DNA from: Spirochaetia bacterium
GTDB taxonomy: Bacteria; Spirochaetota; Spirochaetia; SZUA-6; Bin103
DNA: 64,000 nt
Direction of reading: 5' to 3'
Assembly: GCA_965208575.1 (NCBI GenBank)
Contig: CBDBOV010000001.1
Coordinates: 448,001-512,000 of the forward strand
Every line of letters begins with the position of its first letter. Within the stretch, counting starts at the first letter, position 1. This document shows positions 38,800 to 48,013 of the stretch, piece by piece. The notes under the pieces are model-generated. The model was not told the DNA's origin. It did no database searches and worked only from the letters and a program-made list of their open reading frames with translations. A program made the translations under genes and the position numbers.

Positions 38800-40194
38800 G
38801 GTCCAGGCTCCCTGCCACGCCTCGAACTCGGACGGCCTGACCCGGTAGCGCGCGAAGTTGCCCTCGTGCAGGCTCAGCAACTCTCTCTCGGCGACCTCTC
38901 GGAACCGCTCTCGCTGTTGTTGGTCGATGTGCTCCTCGGTCCACGCGGCGACCCAGGCACTGGCGCGCTTCGTGTTCATGCGCTCGCGAATGACCGTGCC
39001 GATCACCTCGCGCAGCGCCGAGCGGTGCTGCAACCGAAACGGATCGGGTTCTCCCAGGGACTGCCTGACGGCGGCGTAGCGGGCCGCCGATCGCCCGTAT
39101 GCCCAGATGAACACGTCGCGCAGCAACTCGACGCGCTTCATCTCGTACACGCCGAGGATCGCTTCGGTATACAGGTCGCGCGGTACGTCCTCGAAGGACA
39201 GCGGCACCAGGTTTGCCTTGATCAGTGGAATGTTGGCGGCGAGCCGCGACACTCGCTTGTTGACATCATCGAACGGCTGCAAATAGGGAAGCTGCACCAT
39301 CACGAACAGCGCCTGCTCGAACGGATCGTCGATCGCGGCGGCGGTGGCAAGAATCTGACCGAAGCACTCTTCGATCAGGGCCGGCGTCTCCAGCGGATAA
39401 AACACCGAGCCGTCGATACCGACGGCGATACGGCGGAGCCGCCCCGCCGCGCGGGAATCGGCAAGCAGGTTGTCCGCAAGCAGCGCGTGGAGACTGAGGA
39501 TGGTGTGGCGATCGAAGCCGATCCTCCCTGCCTCGTCTACCAGGAACTCGATCGCGTCCTTGTGGTTGAGGATCATCTGCGCTTCGAGCCGTTGCTTTCC
39601 TTCCGCTTCCTCGCCAATCTCCAGCAGGCGCGTGGTATCGAGCAGCGAATAGGTGTTGCCCTCGAGGCGGCTCGAGTTCCAGGACAGATCGATCAACAAC
39701 CTGTTCAGGATTTGTCTCGCGTAGGTGCCGGCGGGTTGGCCGGCGGTCACCGGCCGCCCCACTTCGTGGAGGTGCTGCCGCTCCGCCTGTGAGAAATAGA
39801 AGGTCATGTTGGGCCGGTACGAATCGAGGAACGCCCGGTCATAGCCGACCGGGCGGCGCGCCGCGAGCGGCTGGCGGACATACTCCCGAACCTCAGCCCC
39901 GGCCTCCGACAGCCCGGGTACAGCTTCAACCCTTATGCCGACCGTGGGAGTCCCTGAGACCGCATGGATCGCGATATCGACCATCCTCGGCACGCGGTAA
40001 CGTGCTGAGCGGCCTGTGCCTTCCATGATCAGGCGCTTGTTGTCGACGAGAGACTTCAGGCGGTATTGCAGTGTCCTCCGTGGCGGTGCACTGGCCAGGG
40101 CTGCCTCGATCTGTGCTGCAGTCCTGCCCTCCGGGTGTTCCTGCAAGACAGCTTCGATTGCCTGAAGATGCGCTTCCTGCACGGTCCGTGCCAC
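38791..40194 (-). CDS. Fic family protein with N-terminal HTH
   Basis: SWNSSRLEGNTYS, MILNHK and variant Fic motif LQPFDDVNKRVSR. GGAGGG precedes the GTG. Confidence 0.9.
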   Translation of the reverse strand: MARTVQEAHLQAIEAVLQEHPEGRTAAQIEAALASAPPRRTLQYRLKSLVDNKRLIMEGTGRSARYRVPRMVDIAIHAVSGTPTVGIRVEAVPGLSEAGAEVREYVRQPLAARRPVGYDRAFLDSYRPNMTFYFSQAERQHLHEVGRPVTAGQPAGTYARQILNRLLIDLSWNSSRLEGNTYSLLDTTRLLEIGEEAEGKQRLEAQMILNHKDAIEFLVDEAGRIGFDRHTILSLHALLADNLLADSRAAGRLRRIAVGIDGSVFYPLETPALIEECFGQILATAAAIDDPFEQALFVMVQLPYLQPFDDVNKRVSRLAANIPLIKANLVPLSFEDVPRDLYTEAILGVYEMKRVELLRDVFIWAYGRSAARYAAVRQSLGEPDPFRLQHRSALREVIGTVIRERMNTKRASAWVAAWTEEHIDQQQRERFREVAERELLSLHEGNFARYRVRPSEFEAWQGAWTGS

Positions 40195-40226
40195 GTTGCC
40201 CCTCCGAAGTTGCGCGAAAGATATGC

Positions 40227-40342
40227 GCGCAAGGTCAGTGGATGAACGCGCAATATACGAGAGTATGCGCAAGCGTAGCGAATCTTCGCGCAACTTTCAA
40301 TATTATGCGCAGCTATTCTTGCGCAATAAACCGTTCACGCAA
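40227..40342. repeat. phased GCGCAA motif array upstream of the Fic gene
   Basis: GCGCAA(-like) at 40227, 40248, 40267, 40288, 40307, 40321 and 40337 in AT-rich context. Confidence 0.7.
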
Positions 40343-40377
40343 GTTCGAGCGGGTGGCGGCCGGCGGGGCAGCCTCGC

Positions 40378-41212
40378 TTACGCCAGTTGCGGGGTGCTCG
40401 GCTTGTTGAGCGGCGCGCCGCGGCGCAGGCCGGCGGTGCCGACCGTGTGTGTTCTCGACGCGCGAGTTCCAGTCCGGCCAGTCGTAGACGGCGTCGGCGG
40501 ACATGTAGGCGACGGTCATCGCCTCGCGCATGGCGGGGGTGCGGTTGGCGTCGGCGCGGTGGTAGACGCAGCCGGAGTGGAACGTGCAGTCGCCCGCGGC
40601 CAGCGGCACCCACCGCCAGTCCAGCTCGCCGGGCAGCGGGATATCTTCGGTGACGTTGAAGATGTCGACGAACTCCGGGGCGTCCACGGCGCGGTGGCTG
40701 CCGGCGGCGAACGCCATGCAGCCGCGCTCGCGCGGCACGTCGACCAGCGCCACCCAGATGGTGGTGGTGTGCCCCGCCGGCTGCACCGGCCAGAACGCCG
40801 CGTCCGCGTGGTAGTCGGTGAGCCGCCCGCCGGGCTGCTTGTAGAGCGCCTGGTCGAACCACAGCCGCACCCCGCGGATCCCCATCAACCGGCGCGCCAG
40901 GTCGGCGAACCGGAACGCATGCGCGAACGGCCGGATCGCCGGATACTTCGGCCCCAGGTTGATCGCCTGCAGGAAGCTGCGCTCGTACACCCGCTTGTCC
41001 GCCGGTGCGCGGTCGTCGTCGACGAAGTAGTGGCCAACGGCGTAGCCGATCACCTCCCGGAAGTAGCGCAGCGCCTCGCCGTAAATCACCCGCTCCAGCT
41101 TCACGAACCCATGCTCCCGGTAGTGCTCGACCTGCTCCGGAGCGAGCGCATAGGGCCCGGCCAGAAACTCGCTCACCGCGCGCGGCGGCGGCTCGTACAA
41201 CCGCCGCTCCAC
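40378..41212 (-). CDS. PhyH family dioxygenase, probable frameshift near the C-terminus
   Basis: DQALYKQPGG..T.YHAD, GDCTFHSG..YHRA. The alternative frame after the (CA)n tract gives VGTAGLRRGAPLNKPSTPQLA* ending at 40378. Confidence 0.8.
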
Positions 41213-41335
41213 ATCCGGCCGGCAACACCGGCTTCAGCGACCGCCTCAGATCCATTGTTGGGCTGTTGCGGTACCTACGCCTTTCAGTCGGTACCGGAGA
41301 GACCCACGAGCTTCGATGTGGGCCACAGGGTCCTG

Positions 41336-41524
41336 TCAGTCCTTCTTTGGTTGCTGTTGGGTGTCGTCGGACGAGGACGGGTGAGTCGCAAGAGTTGTTT
41401 CGCCTGTTCCTCCCTTGGGTGGAACTATTTTCTCGGGAGGAACAGTGGTCTTCGGTGTGTAGCCCCTTCGATGAAGTGGCCAGTCATCGACTCCCTGCCT
41501 TGGTGTGTTCTTCCGATGCTTCAT
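41336..41524 (-). CDS. 62-aa Pro/Gly-rich peptide (RGYTP...PPKGGTG)
   Basis: AGGAGG SD 8 nt before the ATG; overlaps the 3' end of the upstream membrane-protein gene. Confidence 0.65.
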   Translation of the reverse strand: MKHRKNTPRQGVDDWPLHRRGYTPKTTVPPEKIVPPKGGTGETTLATHPSSSDDTQQQPKKD

Positions 41525-42119
41525 TCGAAGGTCCTCCTACTGCGTAGAATTCAAGGTAGTCGATGACGCCGTGGTTGACAAGTGCTCCCATGGTTGCGTC
41601 GATTCTCGATTGGAATCGTCCTTGCTCATCCACTTTCCACACTTCGCCAAGATAGATGTCTTGAGATTCGGGATAGGAGGAAGCAAACGACTCACCGTTG
41701 TACAACCCGCCGATCACTTTGCCGTCTTTGAGATGTACAAGGACGAAGCACGAGTGTCCTTGGCGAAAGAAGTAATCCCAAGCCAAGGGATCAGGGTGTA
41801 TGATACGGCCGCGAAGCATGCGCCCGTTGAGGGTTGCCCGAAGTAGTACCGGCCATGCAGCGGGAGCACCAATGAAGACGCCGGCTCCGACGATGATTCG
41901 CAGCCATAGCGGAGAGTCCGTGGTAATCGCTAGCAGCCAAGAGAGTGCAGCGAAGTTCAGCGCGCTGAAGGCGATGATATCCAGCAGGTAGTCCGCCAGC
42001 TTCAATCGTGCCGTCGGATTGATGAGAGTCCACACCTTCAGGGACGCGAATCCCGGAATGATCAGGACCAGGATCTCTTCGAGTCTGTCGAAATCCAAGA
42101 GCTCAAGCATTGATCGCAA
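41484..42119 (-). CDS. DUF6338-like membrane protein
   Basis: IPGF, three TM helices, AWDYFF, VHLKDGK.IGG.Y...SFASSYP...DIYL..VW. Visibly lower GC than flanks. Confidence 0.75.
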   Translation of the reverse strand: MRSMLELLDFDRLEEILVLIIPGFASLKVWTLINPTARLKLADYLLDIIAFSALNFAALSWLLAITTDSPLWLRIIVGAGVFIGAPAAWPVLLRATLNGRMLRGRIIHPDPLAWDYFFRQGHSCFVLVHLKDGKVIGGLYNGESFASSYPESQDIYLGEVWKVDEQGRFQSRIDATMGALVNHGVIDYLEFYAVGGPSNEASEEHTKAGSR

Positions 42120-42137
42120 CTCGCATGGGTGGCCGGG

Positions 42138-43211
42138 TCATGGGAAGCGGATGCCGAGTTTTACTACGCGGTCGGGGTGGTCCTGGATCCAGTGGTAGAC
42201 TTCGGCGGACTGCTCGAAGGGGACGATCGGGTGCACCAGGCCGTCGCTCTGCAGGCGGCCCTCGCGCATCAGGTGAAGGGCGGTCTCCTCGACACGGCGG
42301 TTGTCCCAGAGTGGGTGATCGCGGGACGGGTTGCCCCACACCGGCATGCTGCTGCGCACCGTCACGCGGGTCAGGTGCCACTCCTCGTCCAGGTGCAGGG
42401 CGCTGCCGGGGCCGTGGTAGTTTGACACGGTCACCACCAAGCCGGAGTAGTGCACGGCGCGGATCGCGTCCTGCAGAGCGCCGTAGTTGCCGCTCACCTC
42501 GATGGCCACGTCGACGCCGGCGCCGGCGGTGGCCTTCTTGATCTCCAGGCCCGCGTCGCTGACGGCGGGATCGTAGCAGGCGGTGGCGCCGAGGCGGCGG
42601 GCGAGCGCGCGACGCGAGGGCAGCGGGTCGACGGCATACACGGTCACCGCGCCGCTCAGGAGGGTCATCTGCAGGATGAGCAGGCCGATGGCGCCGAGAC
42701 CGAACACCGCCACCCGCTCGCCGACCCGCACGTTGGCATCGCGCACCGCTGCCAGCGCGAAGTGGGCGGGGTCGAGCAGCACCACCTGCTCGCTCCGGCG
42801 GCACCAAGTGCAGTTCCTGCTCGCGCGGGCCGGCGGCCATCGATTTGTAGGGGCCGTCCTCGGGCACGGTGTGGGTTTCCCGAATCGGCAGGTGGCCGTA
42901 CACGCGGTCGCCCACCTTGAACCGGGTCACCGCGCCGCCCACCTCGGTGACCGGCCCACGGTCATGTTGCCGAGGCGGCGCGGAAACGGCCGTCCGGTAG
43001 CATCCCCATTCGCGGGCACGAAGATTCGGTACTCGGGGTGAAAGCGCCGCGCGAGCCGGCGCTGGACGTCCAGGTAGGCGTGCGACTCGGTGCCGTGCTT
43101 GGGGGCGACGAACTCGCTCCGGATGCGGACGTCGCGGTCGCCGAGCGGCGGCTCTTCGTATTCGACCAGCTCGGTGGTGCGCGGCGCGACCGCCACCAGG
43201 GCGCGCGGCAT
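42138..43211 (-). pseudogene. zinc-binding (MDR) alcohol dehydrogenase, two frameshifts
   Basis: KHGTE / GNMTVG / FKVGDRV / VFGLGAIG are spread over three frames, with breaks near 42950 and 42795. Confidence 0.85.
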
Positions 43212-43215
43212 CCGG

Positions 43216-44349
43216 CTATTCCTGCGAGGCGCGTGCGGCGCGCGCCTTCATTGCGGCCATCTCGGCGTTTACCGGCACGGTGCGGCCCGGGTGGCGGCGC
43301 GCCGGGTCATGCAGCCAGCGGCCCTGGTTGTCGCGCAGCACCGGCAGGCGGGCGGCCATCGGCGGCGGCGTGGCCGCGGCGGCCGGTTCGGCGGCGTACC
43401 AGTACGCCGTGGAGGCCATCTCGTTGGCCAGGTGGTTGCCGTGGCCGTGCTCGATGGTCACCTTGATCTCCTCGCGGAAACGCACCGGGTTCTCCAGGTG
43501 CAGCACGTAGCTGGTCTGGTAGCCGCCGGTGTTGTCCTCGAAGATCGACGAGCCATTGCGCAGGAACGCGTTGTCCTGCATGCGCCACGCCTGGTTCAGG
43601 TAGTCCTCGCTGCCGGTGCCGTGCAGGTCGGGCGGCCAGCGGTAGCCGTCCACCCAGATCATGTCGTCGCCCTCGCCCCACCAGGTGCCCTGGAAGTTGG
43701 TAACCGACATGTTGCAGCCGAGGTAGTGCCCGCGCCCGCGCGTCTGGAGGATCACGTAGTTGTTGTCCCACGCCTCCCGTTCGCGGTTGACCACGTTGGC
43801 CTCCGGCGTGTTGACGCGGATCTCGTGCCCCCAGCCGCCGAACGGGTTGGCGCGGCGGAACTCGGCGTGCAGGTAGCCCGCCTCCGCGCGCGGCTCGTCC
43901 AGCCGCTCGTAGTCGATGTAGAAGTACTGCAGGTGCTCGTCAGCGCTCTCGTTGACCAGCTCCAGCAGCGCACGGCGCCGGAACGGCATGGGGACGTAGC
44001 TGTTCAGGGCGCAGCCTTCGTTGAAGCGGTTGTTCGACCGGGTCGAGGCCGTGAACAGCGCCGACTGGTAGCTGTTCACGATGCCGTGGCCGAGGCCGAA
44101 GAAGTCGCCGAGCGGCACCACGACACTGGGCGCGGGCGCGTCGTCCCAGGTGATGCGCAGCAGGCACTCGCGGTAGTGGTTGCGCTGCGTGAACCAGAGG
44201 TGGGTGATGACGCCCGGGCCTTCCAGGTCGGCAAGCACGCGCGCCTCCCCGGGCGCCAGCAGCCAGCGGTCCCGGTTGCGGCCGCTGGTGTCCCACGAGG
44301 AAACCCGCCCGGTGCGGCCGCCGGTGAGCGAAGCAAGGTGATCGTACAT
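43216..44349 (-). CDS. DUF2961 / GH172 family glycoside hydrolase
   Basis: RVSSWD..G.N.D, GPGVITHLW, PLGDFFG, WWGEGDD, GTGSEDY, VTIEHGH. Confidence 0.88.
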   Translation of the reverse strand: MYDHLASLTGGRTGRVSSWDTSGRNRDRWLLAPGEARVLADLEGPGVITHLWFTQRNHYRECLLRITWDDAPAPSVVVPLGDFFGLGHGIVNSYQSALFTASTRSNNRFNEGCALNSYVPMPFRRRALLELVNESADEHLQYFYIDYERLDEPRAEAGYLHAEFRRANPFGGWGHEIRVNTPEANVVNREREAWDNNYVILQTRGRGHYLGCNMSVTNFQGTWWGEGDDMIWVDGYRWPPDLHGTGSEDYLNQAWRMQDNAFLRNGSSIFEDNTGGYQTSYVLHLENPVRFREEIKVTIEHGHGNHLANEMASTAYWYAAEPAAAATPPPMAARLPVLRDNQGRWLHDPARRHPGRTVPVNAEMAAMKARAARASQE

Positions 44350-44423
44350 GCGGCGCTACTGTACGGGAGCCCGGCACGGGCGGGCAAACCGGGTGGCGCC
44401 CAGCACCCTCGCGGCTCGGCCTG

Positions 44424-44578
44424 GCAGCCCGTGCCGAAACACCGGCTGCACGGGACGCGGCGATGCATGCGGCTGGCGGCGATGCTCCTCGCTCACACCC
44501 CAACCGACATGTTGCGTCGCGCCTTGCCAGCGTGGCACCACCGCCCATCGTGCGATGCCGAGTTCCACCACGAGCGGC
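44424..44578 (+). repeat. degenerate, intron-less copy of the MITE-like palindromic repeat
   Basis: Shares GCAGCCCGTG..GAAAC, GCTCCTCGCTC, GTCGCGCCTTGCCAGC and GTTCCACCACG with the element at 59431-61590. Confidence 0.75.
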
Positions 44579-44608
44579 CGGTGGTGCGCCGCCGGTGGCG
44601 CACCACCG

Positions 44609-45436
44609 TCAGTCCATGCGTACTCCGCCGCACACGTTGATGGCGATGCCGGTGAGGTAGCCGGCCTCACCCGAGGCCAGGAACGCTGCCGTGTTGGCAA
44701 CCTCGCCGGGGTCGGCGACCCGGCCTATCGGGTTGCGGGCTGCATAGCCCTCCAGGAACTTGCGCAATCTCGGCTCGGGGTCCAGGTCGGGGAGCGCGGT
44801 CATGGCGAGCGGCACGACCCGCTCGGTCTTCACCAAGCCGGGACAGATGGCGTTGACGGTGATGCCGGCGGGCGCGAGTTCCTGGGCGAGCGCCTGGGTG
44901 AAGCCGTTCACGGCGAACTTGGAGGCGTTGTAGGCGGAATAGCGCGCGGTGCCGGACCGGCCGGCGATCGACGAGATGTTGATGACCCGCCCGCCGCCGC
45001 CGCGTTCCAGCATGTGGCGCGCCACCGCACGCGAAACCAGGTAGGTGCCGCGCACGTTGGTCCGCTGCACCGCGTCCCACAGGTCGACCTCCAGTTCCAC
45101 CACCGGCACCCGGTCCCAACCGGCGAGCGTGCCGGCGTTGTTCACCAGTATGTCGATGCGCCCCATCTTCTCCAACGTCTCCGCCACCATGCGGTCCACC
45201 TGCTGCGGGTCGCCGACGTCCGCCGCCACGCACGCGGAGCGGCGGCCGAGCGCCTCGATGGCGGCGACCGCGGCCTCCAGTCCGCCCCACTCGGCATCGG
45301 GGTAGGGCCGCGCGCTGACGTCGTTCACCACCACGTCCGCCCCCTCCTCGGCGAGGCGCCGGGCGATGGCGTATCCGATGCCGTGTTCGCCGCCCGCGCC
45401 CGTGACCAGCGCTACCTGTCCCTGCAAGTCGTACAT
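44609..45436 (-). CDS. SDR family oxidoreductase
   Basis: ALVTGAG...GIG, LVNNAG, YNASK. Confidence 0.92.
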   Translation of the reverse strand: MYDLQGQVALVTGAGGEHGIGYAIARRLAEEGADVVVNDVSARPYPDAEWGGLEAAVAAIEALGRRSACVAADVGDPQQVDRMVAETLEKMGRIDILVNNAGTLAGWDRVPVVELEVDLWDAVQRTNVRGTYLVSRAVARHMLERGGGGRVINISSIAGRSGTARYSAYNASKFAVNGFTQALAQELAPAGITVNAICPGLVKTERVVPLAMTALPDLDPEPRLRKFLEGYAARNPIGRVADPGEVANTAAFLASGEAGYLTGIAINVCGGVRMD

Positions 45437-45609
45437 GTGCTGTCCTCCTGTGCTCGCGGGCGCCGTCGCGCGCCGGAACCGTTCTGAGGTAGGGTTGCCT
45501 CGGCTGCCCGCCGCTACGCCACGCTACCCGCGCCGCGCGCCACGGTCAACGGTGCAAGGCGGCGCGGGGCGCGCGCCGGCGCGGCGGCCACTGCAAGGAG
45601 CGTCTCGAC

Positions 45610-47064
45610 ATGCAATCTCCGGCCGCGGCGCGGCGGCCCAACATCGTCTGGGTGATGTGCGACCAGTTGCGCTGGGATGCGCTCGGCTGTACCGGCACCG
45701 GCTACGTGCACACCCCCAACATCGACGCCCTGGCGCGCCGCGGGGTGGTGCTGCGCAACGCCTATTGCGCCTCGCCGGTGTGCTCGCCGGCGCGCGCGAG
45801 CTGGCTGAGCGGCCTCTATCCGCACGCCACCGGGCAACTGGTCAATTACGGGCCGCACCGCGCCGACCAGCCCGGCTGCCGCATGCGCGCCGATGTCGTG
45901 ACCATCGCCGACGTGCTCGCCGCCGACGGCTACCGCTGCGCCAACGCCGGCGTGTGGCACCTCGGCGACGACGAACACGCGCAGCACGGCTTCGACGCCG
46001 GCTGGGTCACCTACCGCTATCACCGCGATCCCGACGACCCGCTGGTGCGCTACTTCGCCGCTTGCGGCGTCGCCAACCCCTACCGCCACGGCGCCCCCGA
46101 GGTGCAGCGTTACGGACCCAACACGCTGCCGTTCGGCACCATCGCCGATCCGCGCCAGCAGCGCACCACCTGGACCGTGGACCGCGCCATCGAGCTGCTC
46201 GACGGCCTGGCCGGTGCGCCGTTCTTCCTGCTGTGCGGGGTGAAGGATCCGCACCCGGAAATGATGGTCATGCCGGAACTGCTCGCCCGCTACCCGGAAG
46301 AGGAAGTGCCGCTGCCGGCCACCCGCCACGACCCGCTGGCCGGCAAGCCGCGTTTCCAGCACGACGCGAAGTTCCGCATCCCGCCGGACACGCTCGACGA
46401 CCGCTCCTGCCGGCGCATGCTCGCGCACTACTACGCCCTGGTCACCCATGTCGACGCCGAGATGGGCCGGCTGTTCGGCCACCTGCGGCGGCTCGGCGTG
46501 GCCGACGACACCGTCGTGGTGTTCAGCAGCGACCACGGCGAGATGCTCGGCGACCACGGCTTCGTGGAGAAGTGCCTGATGTACGAGGAGTCGGTGCGTG
46601 TGCCGTGCATCCTGGCATGGCCGGGCGGGCTGCCCGCCGGCGCCGAAGTGCGCAGCCCGGTCGGCGGCGTCGACCTGATGCCGACCCTCCTGGAACTGGC
46701 CGGGGCGTCCCTGCCGGCGCCGCTGGACGGCCGGTCGCTGGCCGCCGCGCTGCGCCGCGGCACGGAGCCGGCGCCGGCCCCGGTGCTCGCGGAGATCGCC
46801 GCCATCGCCGGCGAGCAGGCGATCGAGCACGGCAGCCTGGCGCCGGACCAGCTCGCCGCGCACGTGATGCTGCGCGAGGGCGGCTGGAAGTACGTGCGCA
46901 ACCGGCACGACATCGACGAACTGTACGACCTGGATGCCGACCCGCGTGAGATGCACAACCTGGCCGCGGTCTCCGAGTACGCCGGGAGGGTGGACGAAAT
47001 GCGGCGCAGGATCGCCGCCATGGTGCGCACCACCGGTCCCGGACCGTACGCCTGGTGCGCTTGA
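45610..47064 (+). CDS. Cys-type sulfatase (paralog of 19425-20957)
   Basis: CSPARASWLSG and shared DPRQQRTTWTVD, GVKDPHP, QLAAHVM. Confidence 0.92.
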   Translation: MQSPAAARRPNIVWVMCDQLRWDALGCTGTGYVHTPNIDALARRGVVLRNAYCASPVCSPARASWLSGLYPHATGQLVNYGPHRADQPGCRMRADVVTIADVLAADGYRCANAGVWHLGDDEHAQHGFDAGWVTYRYHRDPDDPLVRYFAACGVANPYRHGAPEVQRYGPNTLPFGTIADPRQQRTTWTVDRAIELLDGLAGAPFFLLCGVKDPHPEMMVMPELLARYPEEEVPLPATRHDPLAGKPRFQHDAKFRIPPDTLDDRSCRRMLAHYYALVTHVDAEMGRLFGHLRRLGVADDTVVVFSSDHGEMLGDHGFVEKCLMYEESVRVPCILAWPGGLPAGAEVRSPVGGVDLMPTLLELAGASLPAPLDGRSLAAALRRGTEPAPAPVLAEIAAIAGEQAIEHGSLAPDQLAAHVMLREGGWKYVRNRHDIDELYDLDADPREMHNLAAVSEYAGRVDEMRRRIAAMVRTTGPGPYAWCA

Positions 47065-47158
47065 AACCCAGGTCCCCGGCGCCGATCATCGTATATCACG
47101 CCACGTTGCACTGCGGCGGCCGCTGTGGCACCATTGGAGCCATGAAGTGGGAGTTCGC

Positions 47159-47566
47159 GTGTCGGTAGAAGCTCATCGCACCGTCCTGATGCGTTTCCAT
47201 GAAGAGGTGTTCAACCAGCGCAACCTCGCGGTCATCGACGAGGTGCTGCATCCCCGCTACGCACACTACGACGCCGGCAGCAAGAGCGCCGACGAGCACA
47301 AGAGGATCCTGGCCGACCAGCTCGCCGGGCAGAGCGACTTCCGGGTCGAGGTCGTGCAGACCATCGTCGAGGGCAACAGCGCCGCGGTCGAAGTGTCGCA
47401 TTACCAGGGCGACCGGAAGTATCGCACCGGCGTGGCGCTGTTCACGTTCGAAGATGGCCTGATCATAAGTGACCGATTCTGGTATCGCCTTGTCTCGGAG
47501 AGCGAATCGGTGGATGCGGACCTTGTCCCGGAGCCCGGAACGGGGGCGCCGGAGACGTCCGGGTAG
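47159..47566 (+). CDS. SnoaL/NTF2-like protein
   Basis: RFHEEVFNQRNLAVIDEVL...FTFEDGLI. Confidence 0.75.
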   Translation: MSVEAHRTVLMRFHEEVFNQRNLAVIDEVLHPRYAHYDAGSKSADEHKRILADQLAGQSDFRVEVVQTIVEGNSAAVEVSHYQGDRKYRTGVALFTFEDGLIISDRFWYRLVSESESVDADLVPEPGTGAPETSG

Positions 47567-47662
47567 GGCGCCGAGCGCCCCCACGCACCGCACAGATGGC
47601 CGGCAGGAACAGCGAGGCGCAACGCTGGGCGGAGGCGAAGCGCAATTATTGGGAGCGCGGCG

Positions 47663-47845
47663 GTGGGCATCGGCGGCGTCGTGCTGCACCACAGCCACAC
47701 GCTGCACACCTCGCACGTCAACCGTTCGCAGCGCTGGCGGCGCGGATACGCCACCCATTGGGCAGCCTCCGACGTCACCTCGGAGAGCGGCTTCGTCGAA
47801 GGCGCATACTTCAACCGCCCGGGCTACCCTAATTCCGATACCTGA
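47663..47845 (+). pseudogene. C-terminal fragment of a PhyH dioxygenase
   Basis: GGVVLHHSHTLHTS..N.S..WRRGYATHW with no upstream HxD region. Confidence 0.6.
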
Positions 47846-48013
47846 CGGTCCACCAGACGGCCCCAACCTGGTCTATCAGGCCCTGCTGGACCGAGCCGGA
47901 CCCTACAACCGGGCGGCAACGCCGCGGGGGCATCGGAACGCTTTGCGCTGTCCGGGCCATGGGCTCCCCGGCCTGTCCGGGAGTCGCGCCCGGGCCCGAG
48001 CCAGGGCGTCGGG

